Assembly (NCBI GenBank): GCA_964016885.1
Contig: OZ024749.1
Span: 48,360,001-48,424,000, forward strand
Reading direction: 5' to 3'
DNA: 64,000 nucleotides
DNA from: Eledone cirrhosa
Taxonomy: Eukaryota
Part shown: positions 1 through 13,228 of the stretch, piece by piece
How the letters are laid out: every line of letters begins with the position of its first letter
Numbering within the stretch: the first letter of the stretch is position 1
Notes under the pieces: model-generated
The model's input: the letters and a program-made list of their open reading frames with translations, nothing else
Databases searched by the model: none
What the model was told of the DNA's origin: nothing
Position numbers and translations under genes: made by a program

Positions 1-2
1 GG

Positions 3-108
3 GAGTGCATTGCATCGAAACCTATAGATGTCGAAGCTATCAGCGAAGTTGTTATTAAGACAGGAAGTTTGAACGAAACTCTTGGTTATGCCAGAATTAC
101 TCGGATGA
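3..108 (+). CDS. Candidate coding exon (5' end outside window), product unknown
   Basis: Frame 3 is open (ECIASKPIDVEAISEVVIKTGSLNETLGYARITRM) with non-repetitive composition and ends at a consensus donor GTAAGT at 109 (phase 1). No homology recognised. Confidence 0.4.
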
Positions 109-151
109 GTAAGTGTATATTTTGGGTTCATGGATTATTTTATGTCCCACT

Positions 152-202
152 AAATTTCAATATGTAAAATTTCAATATGTAAAATTTCAATATGTAAAAT
201 TT
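152..202. repeat. 15-bp tandem repeat (AAATTTCAATATGTA) x ~3.4
   Basis: Directly visible. Confidence 0.9.
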
Positions 203-774
203 ACATCAGTATTTCATGTGTAATTCATTCATCATATATCTAAACCTACCGCAATGTGCCTACTGCGTTTCAAGTGTTGTAATTATGTTCTATAATCATG
301 TTGATGTATCATTCTGTAAAATAAGGTGATTGCATGAATTCACAATATATTACAGGATAGATGATTTGGTATATTTATATAACCAACTGCATGTGTTATT
401 CCTCATGTTCAAGTGTGACTCAAGGGATGAATTTATTGTGCTCAGATATTTGGAGAAAGATGATACACAGAAAACAGAGTATATATTCACGTTCACGTTA
501 TTTCTAGCTTAATCTTAGGATTACAGTATTCAATTCATGTTTTCAACCACCCTCATATCACGCAGAGAAAGTACTGAAATATTGCCGCTCTTTAGTGTAT
601 TTTATTGCCACTCATCCAAAACGAAATCGATATGAATAAATGTTAACATAGCAAATATTAGAACGTTCCTGCTTCCATACCTTAGAAATTATATTGTTAA
701 TTCGACGAGGAAAGTATGTTCTCTGGCTAACCCCTGTGAATCGATAACTAATTTCCTTCTCCTGTACTTTGTAG

Positions 775-860
775 TTAATATCCTACAGGAAGGCAACTAT
801 TTATTGAAGCCAAAAAGCAATATACCTGATGAAAAAGGCGACCATTTATACAAGGATTGT
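775..860 (+). CDS. Candidate second exon
   Basis: Pyrimidine tract + TAG acceptor at 772-774 and GTATGT donor at 861. Phase-compatible with the 3-108 exon; reads (I)NILQEGNYLLKPKSNIPDEKGDHLYKDC. Confidence 0.3.
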
Positions 861-1021
861 GTATGTTTACAAAGCTTCACGTTGTTAATTATATATACGT
901 ATGTATGTTTATCGATGTATGTATATAAGCGTACACGTAACTATGAGCTCGTTTCTGTCTGCGTGTCTATATGAGCGTTCAGATGTATATAAGTATTTAA
1001 GATAACCACGTTTATGCGAAC

Positions 1022-1022
<1 letters not shown>

Positions 1023-1109
<87 letters not shown>
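1023..1109. repeat. (TA)n microsatellite
   Basis: Directly visible. Confidence 0.98.
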
Positions 1110-1111
<2 letters not shown>

Positions 1112-1490
1112 TCATCTACCCGGGTGTGCAAGCCGCTATATGTGTGTGGGTAGAAGTAATAGAGATAGCTGATATTTACTTGCATGAATGATATATACTT
1201 ATGTAAATCACAAACACACACACACAAACATACCCCACCTCCTTATATATATATTCATCTCATATTCCAAGTAATTGCGCTATCATTATATTTTCAAAGA
1301 ACGAACTAAGCATTTTTTTTAATGTGCAACTCTTTGACAGACTATACTTGATTTCGTCTTACATTTGGAGAACCTTGTTTTATATGCCCTCCATCTTATA
1401 ACTCGTAATGGATAGCCTTGTATTTTTATTTTTATTCTTTAGGTTATGTGAAAATTGCTTCTTTCCTCCTTCAATTATCTAACTTTATAG

Positions 1491-1550
1491 GATGAAGGAA
1501 TTGTAGCCCGAGTAGAAATCTTTTCGCTTTCCTTCCTAATGCTAATGTAA
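1491..1550 (+). CDS. Candidate terminal exon
   Basis: TTTATAG acceptor, phase 0, DEGIVARVEIFSLSFLMLM*, AATAAA at 1556-1561. Could be chance. Confidence 0.2.
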   Translation, partial: DEGIVARVEIFSLSFLMLM

Positions 1551-2917
1551 CCTGAAATAAAGCTATTTTGTTGAGGGGGATTTTACGACCTGTGATCAGA
1601 TAAGTGTGGTTTAAAGCTCAATTTCCGAGACATACTGCTTGTAGTGCTTGTTCCCACTGTGCATGCTTTGCTCTAATCTCCCTTGCATTTTCTAGTGTCT
1701 ATATGCACAAGGCTAGCCTTATATGACTTAACATTTTTGAGCGATTAGGAAGACGAATCGATGCCAAATAGAGAGCAGAAGCCCTGAAACTTTACATCAG
1801 GTGATCGTCTGAAATTCAGAAGGGAGACATAGGCTAACAATTTTCAATTGATCACACTGCTTTGTAGACTAAGGCTGTGGCATTTACTAGAACAAAGAAT
1901 TTGGTTTACCACCCAAGTAGTAATGACTTATGTCTGTCTGAATTCATCACCTATTTTCCTTCTCTTTAGTTACTCCTGTCGCGTCAGCTCCTACATCTGG
2001 TTCACAGATAATATGTATCTATCCCACCATCATATAAGTTATTTTTATTTCTCCATATTTAAATTCTCATTTTATATGTTGGCAAATGCTGCAACGGGAG
2101 ATCATTCAACAATAAATAAAACCATGATATTTCAACGCCGTGTCGTCGTTTTAGTGCCAAAAACGCTAAATATGTTGATAAAAACCATTTTGTTGCTACA
2201 TCATGTTTCTTCAACTGATAATAGCAAAGTCTATTGAAATAAGCATGTTTACACATATCCCTAATTACATACAGCGTTCATGTCAACAAATTGCCCCAGA
2301 TCGTTCAGAGAATACTATGTTGGTGGTTATATTAAGAAGAGCACATTGAATAAATATAAAAATACATAAAGAAATGAAATAAAAACCTCTTCAAAAACAA
2401 AACATACTATACATGATATACAATGTTATCAAACGTGTAAGCCTATTATATATAACATGATTTTAAATCATCATCATCATCATCAATAAAAGCACACACA
2501 CTCACACAAACATGTTTATATATATATATATATATAAATATACACGTATCCATACACATATGTTTGCATGTATATATATATATATATATATATGTATGAG
2601 TGGTTGGATGTTTATACTATGTGGGTGATCGATCATGCGATATATTGTAATGTGCAAAATGTGAGACATCGAAGTATTAGCATGAAGGAAAGTGTTACGC
2701 CTATATGATTAAATACACGTACGTGTTTAGACAAGTATGCCACCGTCATCTTTCTGCAATCATACGCACAACACACACAGGCAGAGACATACAGATCAGC
2801 TTTTATATATATATATCTATATATATATATATTTACATGTATGTTTAAGCTGTTTAGTACACACAGGCAGACACATACATACACACATACACACAGACAT
2901 ACACACACACACATACG

Positions 2918-2962
<45 letters not shown>

Positions 2963-3430
2963 ATATATATATACAGATAGATAGATATATAGATATACAT
3001 ATGAAAATATATGACTATATACACATACTTATAAACTATTATTATATTATTATATAAGCTTTTAATTTTCTTGGTTTGTTACATTTGGTTTCATATTGTT
3101 TTGTGTTTTTGACACAAAGTACTTTAGTGTGATGAAAGCATTAGTTTCTCGCATTACTTAAGAATTACAGTAACTAAGTATAATGTTTTCTTGCTTTGAT
3201 TTTACTTGATGTTTGAATTCAGAATAGCAAGATGTATTTTTCTATAATTTCAAATACATTATTTTCCTTTCTATCATTTTTTTTTTTGAATAATCTCTGT
3301 TTCCATCTCAAGAAATATTGCTAGATTTCTTACTTGCATCAACGAATTTAAGTCGGTTTACCAAGTCAACTATGCTTCCACTAATTTTGAACCTATAGTA
3401 GCACTTATGCACATCGTATATATATATAAA

Positions 3431-3492
<62 letters not shown>

Positions 3493-3497
<5 letters not shown>

Positions 3498-3684
3498 AAC
3501 CAGTAAAACCCCGACGGCTGAGCTCAAGCCGTTTCGACGGCTAATTCTGTCCAGAATTAGCCGTCGAAACGGCTTGAGCTCAGCCGTCGGGGTCTTACTG
3601 GTTCCTATTACCCACTCTACTACCCCAAGTATTGAGTACTTTGGTGCGTTATGGTCCACCTGGTTCCTTACCACATTTCCTTTG

Positions 3685-3686
<2 letters not shown>
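3493..3686 (+). mobile_element. Fold-back element family 1, copy 1 (Penelope-like non-autonomous; 3' half of a hammerhead)
   Basis: 57-bp inverted arms 3493-3549/3552-3608 (1 mismatch) plus a one-sided tail to 3686, with (TA)n on both sides. Contains GAAA-CGGCT-TGAGCTC-AGCCG-TC|GGGG (3566-3592). Confidence 0.75.
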
Positions 3687-3733
<47 letters not shown>

Positions 3734-3740
3734 CACATAT

Positions 3741-3832
<92 letters not shown>

Positions 3833-3852
3833 ATATATATATATATATATAA

Positions 3853-3922
<70 letters not shown>

Positions 3923-3952
3923 TTATATATATATGTTTGTATATATATATAT
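3687..3952. repeat. (TA)n/(CA)n compound microsatellite
   Basis: Directly visible. Confidence 0.97.
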
Positions 3953-4334
3953 ACAAGATTATATACGCCCACATGTATATACATACATACTATTGTAAGT
4001 ACAACATATCATAAACTAAAATGACTTCCATAATGGTTCCTAATGTAATTACACCTATAGTGATATTAACATTTTATGTTTGCAATAAAAAAATAAAAAA
4101 ATTGTCGTTATTTGCATTTATATTGAGATGGTAAAAGGAAATCATATAAAATCATATAAAAATGGTAATGTTATTGTTTTAAGCATAATGTAGGTGATAT
4201 TATAATTTTAGATTTGTGAATTAAATCTAAGTTATTGAAATGATGAGATATTAATGAAATAATAAGTACGGCTAATCTGTGGTGCAATCTAATTATACGA
4301 ATGTAGGTTCAAAATATATGTGCTCAAGAGAGAG

Positions 4335-4716
<382 letters not shown>

Positions 4717-4984
4717 TGTAAGAAATGAAACGAAATTTCATTTCTCACTCACTCTTAGTACTGCTGTTACTTAAATACAGGTATATATACCTACATACAT
4801 ATATGTATACATACGTACAGTAGTGTGTATATATATACATACATGCACACATATATATATATGTACGTATGGATTTACCGAACATTTATCATAATGCTCG
4901 GTTTGTTAGTAAACAAACATCCCGAATTAAGCCGTACAATGTTTAGAAACCATCGTTTCCCTTTTGTTCAACACTGGCAAATGA

Positions 4985-5027
4985 ACGGTGTACTAGTTTC
5001 AAGCTTATTAACTATCTTCAACACCGT
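4985..5027 (-). ncRNA. Minimal type-I hammerhead ribozyme motif (C3U variant)
   Basis: Minus strand reads ACGGTG-TTGAAGA-T-AGTT-AATA-AGCT-T-GAAA-CTAGT-A|CACCGT: 6-bp stem I, palindromic ACTAGT stem III, GUA triplet. Confidence 0.7.
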
Positions 5028-5150
5028 ATGCCTTCCTGCCAGCAGATTGAACGTCTGAAAGTATATACTTTCTAACACTGTACGGCTTAATTGGGGATGT
5101 TTGTTTACAAACAAACAGAGCATTATAATAACTGTTCTGTAAATCCATAC

Positions 5151-5221
<71 letters not shown>

Positions 5222-5474
5222 TCTATGTATATAATATACATACTACTGTACATCTGTATACATATATGTATGTACGTATACATACTAATATTTAAGTAAC
5301 AGCCGTACTAAGAGTGAGTGAGAAATGAAATGTCGTTTCATTTTTTCCATCTATCGTTTTCGGTGCGCTCGACCGATTAACTCACCCGATATGCAAATTA
5401 GGCTGCTCAACCGTTAATATGCATAAGGAAAATATATACTTTTCAGACGTTCAATCATCTGACGGGAAGGTATA

Positions 5475-5515
5475 CGGTGCTGACGATAGCTAATAAGCTT
5501 GAAACTAGTACATCA
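5475..5515 (+). ncRNA. Minimal type-I hammerhead ribozyme motif
   Basis: CGGTG-CTGACGA-T-AGCT-AATA-AGCT-T-GAAA-CTAGT-A|CATC: canonical CUGANGA and GAAA cores, stem II, palindromic stem III. Predicted cleavage after 5510. Confidence 0.8.
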
Positions 5516-5761
5516 TTCCTTTGCCAGTGTTGAACAAAAGTGCAACGATGGTTGCTAAACACTGTACGGCTTAATTCGGGATGTTTGTTTACAATCAAAC
5601 CGAGCATTATAATAACTGTTCTGTAAATCCATACGTACATATATATATATAAATGTTGTGTAAATCTATACGTACATATATATATGTGTGCATGTATGTA
5701 TATAAATACATACTACTATACACTATACGCATGTATACATATATGTATGTACGTATACATA

Positions 5762-6001
<240 letters not shown>

Positions 6002-6399
6002 ATTAAGTTTAATATCTATCTCTATATGTATATTTATATTTAAAATGTGTATGCATATAAACATTTGTGAGAGTGTGTGTATTATATTATCCCAGTTCAG
6101 GCAGTATTAAAACATCGTAAGTATGCAGCTAGATATAGATGCAAAAGATTTGATGAAGAATGTTAAATTTATTTTCATTTACACTAGATTCAGGTGTGGT
6201 AAGTACATTATTTTCCGAAATTTAATGTTAAACCATTACAAAGTACGCATTTCCTGCTGCTTCATAAATACAAACAAAACATCAAATTAGTGCATATATA
6301 CGCGGAAGTGATATAGTAAGAATATAAATTATTAAAATGTTCGCCTGCAGGACATAATAGACGGTCTGACTTTTAGTTATAATGCAGTACGTAGCTGTT

Positions 6400-6431
<32 letters not shown>

Positions 6432-6468
6432 TAAATAAATACACACACACACACATACACATGCACAT

Positions 6469-6513
<45 letters not shown>

Positions 6514-7314
6514 CTGCTGCAATTAATTTATATAATTTTAGTTGAGTTGAGTTGTGGGCCTAACGAGCTGCTAATTTTAACATTTTTCTTTGGCCCAACA
6601 TTTGATTGCATGGCTCAAGGCTGAGGGATGTTTCATGAGATGTTGTCTACTAAGGACGAACCTAACAACTTGATGATGGCTTTCATCGCATAATGGAAAT
6701 CTCTATCATTTAATATTCGACTCGAAACTGAATCAGTGTGCGCCTTAACTCAGTTATATCTGATGTCTCTCAGAACATCACTTGTATTTTTTGCATATCA
6801 TTTGAGAGGAACCAGATTGTTTTTATTACAACTGTTCAAATGAAATTTGAATAGGACGGTCAATGCTTCATCTTTTTCGTGCTTAATAATTTACAGTATG
6901 ACCACTCTCAGGCATTTATTACGGTAACTTCACAACGACACATATCTCTCTGAGACCAATTTGAGACACATTATATGTTAAACGTAACATTCCTGCTAAA
7001 TTGCAGGCATCTGAATTGCAACATATAAGTATTTATTACTTCTGAAACTTTTGAAAACAATGCAGTGAATTAGCTATCCATATGTCGATATAGCGATGAT
7101 CAAAGTTAATATTAGTCGTTGAGAGAAGTTAATAGAATCGACCCTCCATGGCTCTAAATCAATGACTCTTTCATTTGTTTTCATGTATCGGTTGTGCGGT
7201 CTTTTCATATAAAACACATTCCATTGCAACCATTGTTCTTTACGCTACCTAAAAAAATATTCATCAGAAAATGAGTTGCCAGTGTCTATCTTAGGTTGTC
7301 GTACAATTACGGTT

Positions 7315-7364
<50 letters not shown>

Positions 7365-10051
7365 GTGTGTGTATATATATGTGTGTGTGTATATGTATGT
7401 GTATATATATATATATTATAGAGACAATTATATATACACATATTAGAGACAATATTGATAATTAAAATTAGAATTAAAATGTATAAAATGTACCGATACA
7501 GGAGTTGTTCCCCCTGAATAACAAAAGCTCCAAATTATTATCACATTATGATTAATCCCCTTGCACTTGACGAGATCTCATGTAAATAATGTCCGCCATA
7601 TTAGTATTGCTTGAAACATACGCAATATAAGCGATTATACCGTCTGCAAGACTTATGCTGGACCAGTCTTTGAAACCTTAGTTATCATACTTATAATTCG
7701 TTTTTATACTATATAACTTTATATATAATGCCCCTCCCAATTCATATATATAACAACACTTATCGAATCCCTTCTTGACACTTTTCCTTTTTATACATTA
7801 CTAATCTCTATTTCTCTCCATATATGTAGTCATCTATCTCTCAACTTTCCTTTCCCTCTCTACCTCTCTGTTTCTGTATATATACATATGCTTGTGTATG
7901 TGTATAATCATTACTACGTTTTTGCTAAATTTAACTCAGTCAGTAGGTTCTAAAATATTTAAGTGATTTAATAACAATCCGATAAACATTACGTACTTAT
8001 GTATACCTATTGAGCTACTCTCAATATTACTGTAATTATTATACTTATTGAGGAGACATCCAAATAATCCTTATACATATTGATTTAGCTATACGTGATT
8101 GTTTGTGTTAATTTGTTGCTTAGTTCAAGATTAATCCGCTTTGCTCAAGCATGAGGTTTTGCAAAGGAGACGGCCTTGTTCTGGTTGTTTTTTCTCATGT
8201 TTTAGACATAGATGTTGATGATCTTGATGTTGTATGTTTATATAAAGAAACAAGAATGTGACCTTGTATTCGCAGTCTCTCCGAAAATCTTTCGTTAAAA
8301 GTTGTAATTAGTACTTCTCAATAAGTTCATGTTGGCCCCCCGATCTCCCCCAATTAAACAGAACTATGATCAAATGCATTACAACCATGAATCTTTTATT
8401 CATTGAATGACTAACCGAGATGATACTAAATTGTATATTTCTCTAAGAGGGCTGGATCTTCCATGAGATTGATATTCTGGTTATTTTAGAAGGTAAATCA
8501 AAGATGAGAAGGTATATATTTTTTATAATTTATGTCGTAGTTTATCTACTAGGAAATATCGATTTTGGGCCAAATTATCTGCTGTTTTTATCAAGTACAG
8601 CGGCTTCCCACATACATTCTCTAAACTTTCCAACAACATTTCATCGCATCTACTTCAATCAAAATAACATTCGTTTGGTAAAACATTATACAAATGCATT
8701 ATTTTCCAACCAATAGATACTACAGTCTCTCAGCTATTACCGAGTTATTCACAATATTTTCGTTACGATCAATTGATTCCCGTAGCCGTGATTTTCACTG
8801 AAATCGTATACTCTTCATTATGAGAGGGAATTGTGATATTTAGTTGTTTGATTGTTGATGGCAGCATATTCATTCTTTGGGCGCAATGGAGAACTCATCT
8901 TGGATTTAATGGTTTATAATTGAAACGTTGTTTATCTCTGAGTATTTTGTTGGTGCTGTGATGCAAAGAAAATTATATGCTTCTTCATATTAACAAAGGC
9001 TTTCAGCATAAAATATTGTTGATATGTTAATCTCATGGAAAATTATCTCTTAAACATTCCTGCAAATTTTAGAAAGGGATCATTCCATATTCTCGCAGAC
9101 CGTACACGTTCTAAAGTCCAAACGAATTGCATTGAATACTCTAATGTATTGCATTATGTAGATTTGTCAATCACACATTATTTTATGGCGACCGCTTACT
9201 GTTTACTAATGGAATAACCTATCCGGCTATGTACATATGTTGGTCTCCTTCGTGGTTTGAATTACGATACAGACGCAATATTTAAACTCCCATTGTTATC
9301 AGTTGTTGAGGATCCGCCTTCCTGTATATGAAATTGGTTCCCTGACCGGGTAGATAAGAGCATAGAAGCTAAACATGAAATGGGGTCGAATCATTGCTAC
9401 ATATAGCGATGAAACCATCGTTTGGATTATCAAATTGCTTGAAACATCAGTTATACTTACGACTAAACGATAATATAATGACTAACCAGCATGTTCTTTC
9501 AGCAGCATTAATAATATATAATTGAAAATGTTCATTCACGTAACCTCGTTAGTATTTTACATTTGTGCACCGCTGTTGTTCTTTATATAATAATGGCAAC
9601 AATTTGAGATGTAAACACTAAAAACAAAACAGTAAAATATAAACAGAGTTGATTTCGCAGCTCTTTTCATCTATGTCATCCTGGTGTAAAGCAATTAATT
9701 CTCCTTAGAGAATAGCATAAAATTGATATACTATGTTCGTTTGCTTTTAATGAAAATAGCATCTTCTGAAATTCTTCCTTGAACATTAAATATCAAAAGT
9801 ATCAAACGAACCTATAATTTTGTTCCTCAGTAAATTACAATCCGTTATTTCCAAATAACGGATCTCACGCAAGATATTTGTTCTATCATTATTTCATTGT
9901 TTCTGGCATTGAAGGGCAACCGCCATGAAAATGCATAACCGCAGCTTATTAAATTGAGCATAACGATTTCAGCACTTATTTTAATCTGGCATCTGTTTTA
10001 TTGATTTTCCTACGCCGAAACTGGACATAGTAGTAGTTCTAAAGCGGCACA

Positions 10052-10094
<43 letters not shown>

Positions 10095-10252
10095 TTCAAA
10101 TGGTGTAGAAACTATTTCTATATTGAATAATTATATATACACTCTACTTATATAGTGAGTACATTTTCGACTGTGGCTACCTCCGAATTCTTTCGATATC
10201 TACATATTATATATATATATAATATAGAATCATATTATACACACACACACAC

Positions 10253-10304
<52 letters not shown>

Positions 10305-12136
10305 GTGTAAGTATATCTATTTGTATGTAAACAACGTGCATATGAACAGGATGTCATGAATAAAATATGTATGATATTTGTCGTATTTCTAATGAATATT
10401 TTAGCTTCAGCATAGTATAATTCTACAAAATTTAGTACCGAGGGCGTTTCAGTCGTGACTACAACATTTATAATTAGTATGTGTCTATTGTCACATTATG
10501 CAATACTTGCATTCGTTATGGGTTTGGAGTGTTTCGGTAAGATTTGAGAGATATTTTCTATGAGAAATGTCACATAGAGTTTATGTCGTAAATGGATGAT
10601 TTGACATTAGTTATTATTCAACAATTTTGTTGCATCAGCATTAAAACTGTTTCTATATGATATAAAACTAGCGTATTCATGAACTTAGATAATATAACGT
10701 GTCCATGAATGGTGGCAAGGTTCACAAGTGTGTATATGTAACATGATTCAGTACATAGTTTTCAAAACCTTGATACATGATGCTACGGTTTTCGTGGGCT
10801 TAACTCCAATATCTACATACTTCACAGATGTAAATCTGACAATGAGACACAGACATAACAAAGCAAATCACGATCACACTCTCGTTATACATATATATTA
10901 GTAAGAGAGTTAAGTCATAAAAATCTAACTCATGTATATATATATTCAACTTTTATAGAATAGCCTTAACTAACATATGGGAGATGCGATAGAAGACAGT
11001 AGAAGCTAATACGAAGGAGAATGTTTTCAAAGCATATTTCACAATCATATATTCAATGTGTTAACCTATTTGCTACACAAGAGACTTGTATGTCTTTTGT
11101 TATTGCTTTATTGCCGAATATACAAATTATATTTTAGCAAATAATGTATCAAACAACTTGATGTGATGAAATATACATTTGAAACCTACTTAATCTTATA
11201 TAACAATGTCCTTGCATTATATACTTGATTGATTTTCAGGTCGAAATAAAATGTATCCCTATATACTCATAATTGAAGTTGTCTAAATGCAATATGTTAA
11301 TGTTGCATTATATCTAAATGAGAGAAAAAGCAATTTTAGTTTTCCCAAAAGCAAAAAGCTTCTCAGTTATTTTAACGAAGTGCATAAATTTAAAAGTTTT
11401 AATAAAACATGTAGAAAAGAATGTCTCTTTCTGTTTTATTGAAGCAATATTAAAGGAGCATAAATAAATATGTCAAATCAATACATGAGCAAATATATTC
11501 CCTGTATATATTTGATTTGCTTCAGTCGTAACTTTATGAGAGAAATAATTGTATTTTAAGTTACGCAAACTTATATTATTTTCAATAAACCTAGAGCAAA
11601 TTCAACAAAGAGTGTTGTTGTCTATTATATATTATGTATAATTCATTATACTTCTAGAATATATGGTATGATTATAAATCAACACTAGTAGTTGAGTAAG
11701 AAATATATTATTGTCAGTTGAGGAAAATTGAGATCTATTTCTAGCATTTTAAATGAAATTAGGTTGGTGCACTGTTGGATGCTTGCTAACACTGTTAATC
11801 ATATTTACGAGGACGACACAACAAAAGAAAGTAGATGAAGTGAAGGCGATTCAACGACATATTGTGTATTAACTAGGGAAGTATAGTCTTCAAATTCAGT
11901 CAGGTTTTCAAGTGTAGTTCCGATGGTAAAAACTCTTAGTCAAATATTCAAAAAGATTATAAAAGATATATTTCAAAAATATATTTTTAGTTATTGAAGT
12001 CGAAACAATACATATTAAGGAGCGTATGGGTATAAAACATGTAAACACAATAGGATATGAGATTGTGGCATGCTGGATGTGCTATGTACAATACGATAAT
12101 TAGTCCATTGTGATGATATGTCCGCAACATTCCATG

Positions 12137-12290
<154 letters not shown>

Positions 12291-12880
12291 AGATCAAGCG
12301 AGGATTTATGATGTGCCTCTCATATACTTATTCGATCTCATAGTCCATAGTTATTAGTCCTTGTTATTCAATCTCCATCATTTTTGTATGAATAATCTCA
12401 ATTAAATGGAGAACATATATTTTTACTAATATTCTTGAAAAACATATTATTTGTATGGGGCGCAAAACAAATTGCACATTATTCTAACTACGCAGCAACA
12501 AAAGAGATATACATTCATGATTTCACTAGTTCATGTAAATATAATAATTGATAGGGTGGAATACTTAATATGTTTTATGACATTTATATGTAACGTACAT
12601 GTATTAAAGGACGTCATTTATGAAATGAACTTGTTTTGACTACACTGCAATAAATGGCGCCGCATTTAGTTGTATGACACCTTCAATTTTAATTTCTTTA
12701 ATAACCCACACATAAATTAGATTTAATAGGGTTTGCAAGAGCGGAAACGGCATAGTCATTCAATGGATATATAAAGGTCGTTTATAGCAGAGGTAAAGGA
12801 AGTTGTATTCAATTCTGAATTTGAAACTTATTACTTTATCTACATTGTCGAATTTGAAACAGGAAAACAAGAGATGAGAG

Positions 12881-12953
<73 letters not shown>

Positions 12954-13131
12954 TAGATAGAGAGGTAGACTGAGAGAGGAAGAGAGTTTGTGTGTGTGAG
13001 AATTTTGTAAATGTAGAAGAGGCATTTTTTCTTTAAAATAAGAAGAAGACGAAGAACAAATGATACTAATGATAAACCGATTCTTTTATTTCTTTTGCCA
13101 TTAAATTACCGACGCACTGCGACACAAGTCC

Positions 13132-13175
<44 letters not shown>

Positions 13176-13181
13176 TAATAC

Positions 13182-13214
<33 letters not shown>

Positions 13215-13228
13215 TAATAATGATAATG
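13132..13228. repeat. (AAT)n microsatellite
   Basis: Directly visible. Confidence 0.95.

Noticed and set aside
152-202. CRISPR-like array
   Set aside because: Head-to-tail repeat with no spacers in a eukaryotic context; no cas genes.
330-512. 60-aa ORF with an internal acceptor-like ACAG
   Set aside because: Phase is incompatible with the upstream donor and no homology is recognised.
826-845. Isolated CTGATGA (similar isolated cores near 13284, 33074, 33600, 36121)
   Set aside because: No stem II followed by GAAA and NUH; expected by chance.
6670-6745. TTGATGA ... GAAACTGAATCAGTG hammerhead-like arrangement
   Set aside because: No stem II or stem I pairing, and G at position 17.
10438-10470. 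Minus-strand AGTC-AC-GACT-GAAACG hairpin
   Set aside because: No CUGANGA and no stem III; too decayed to call.
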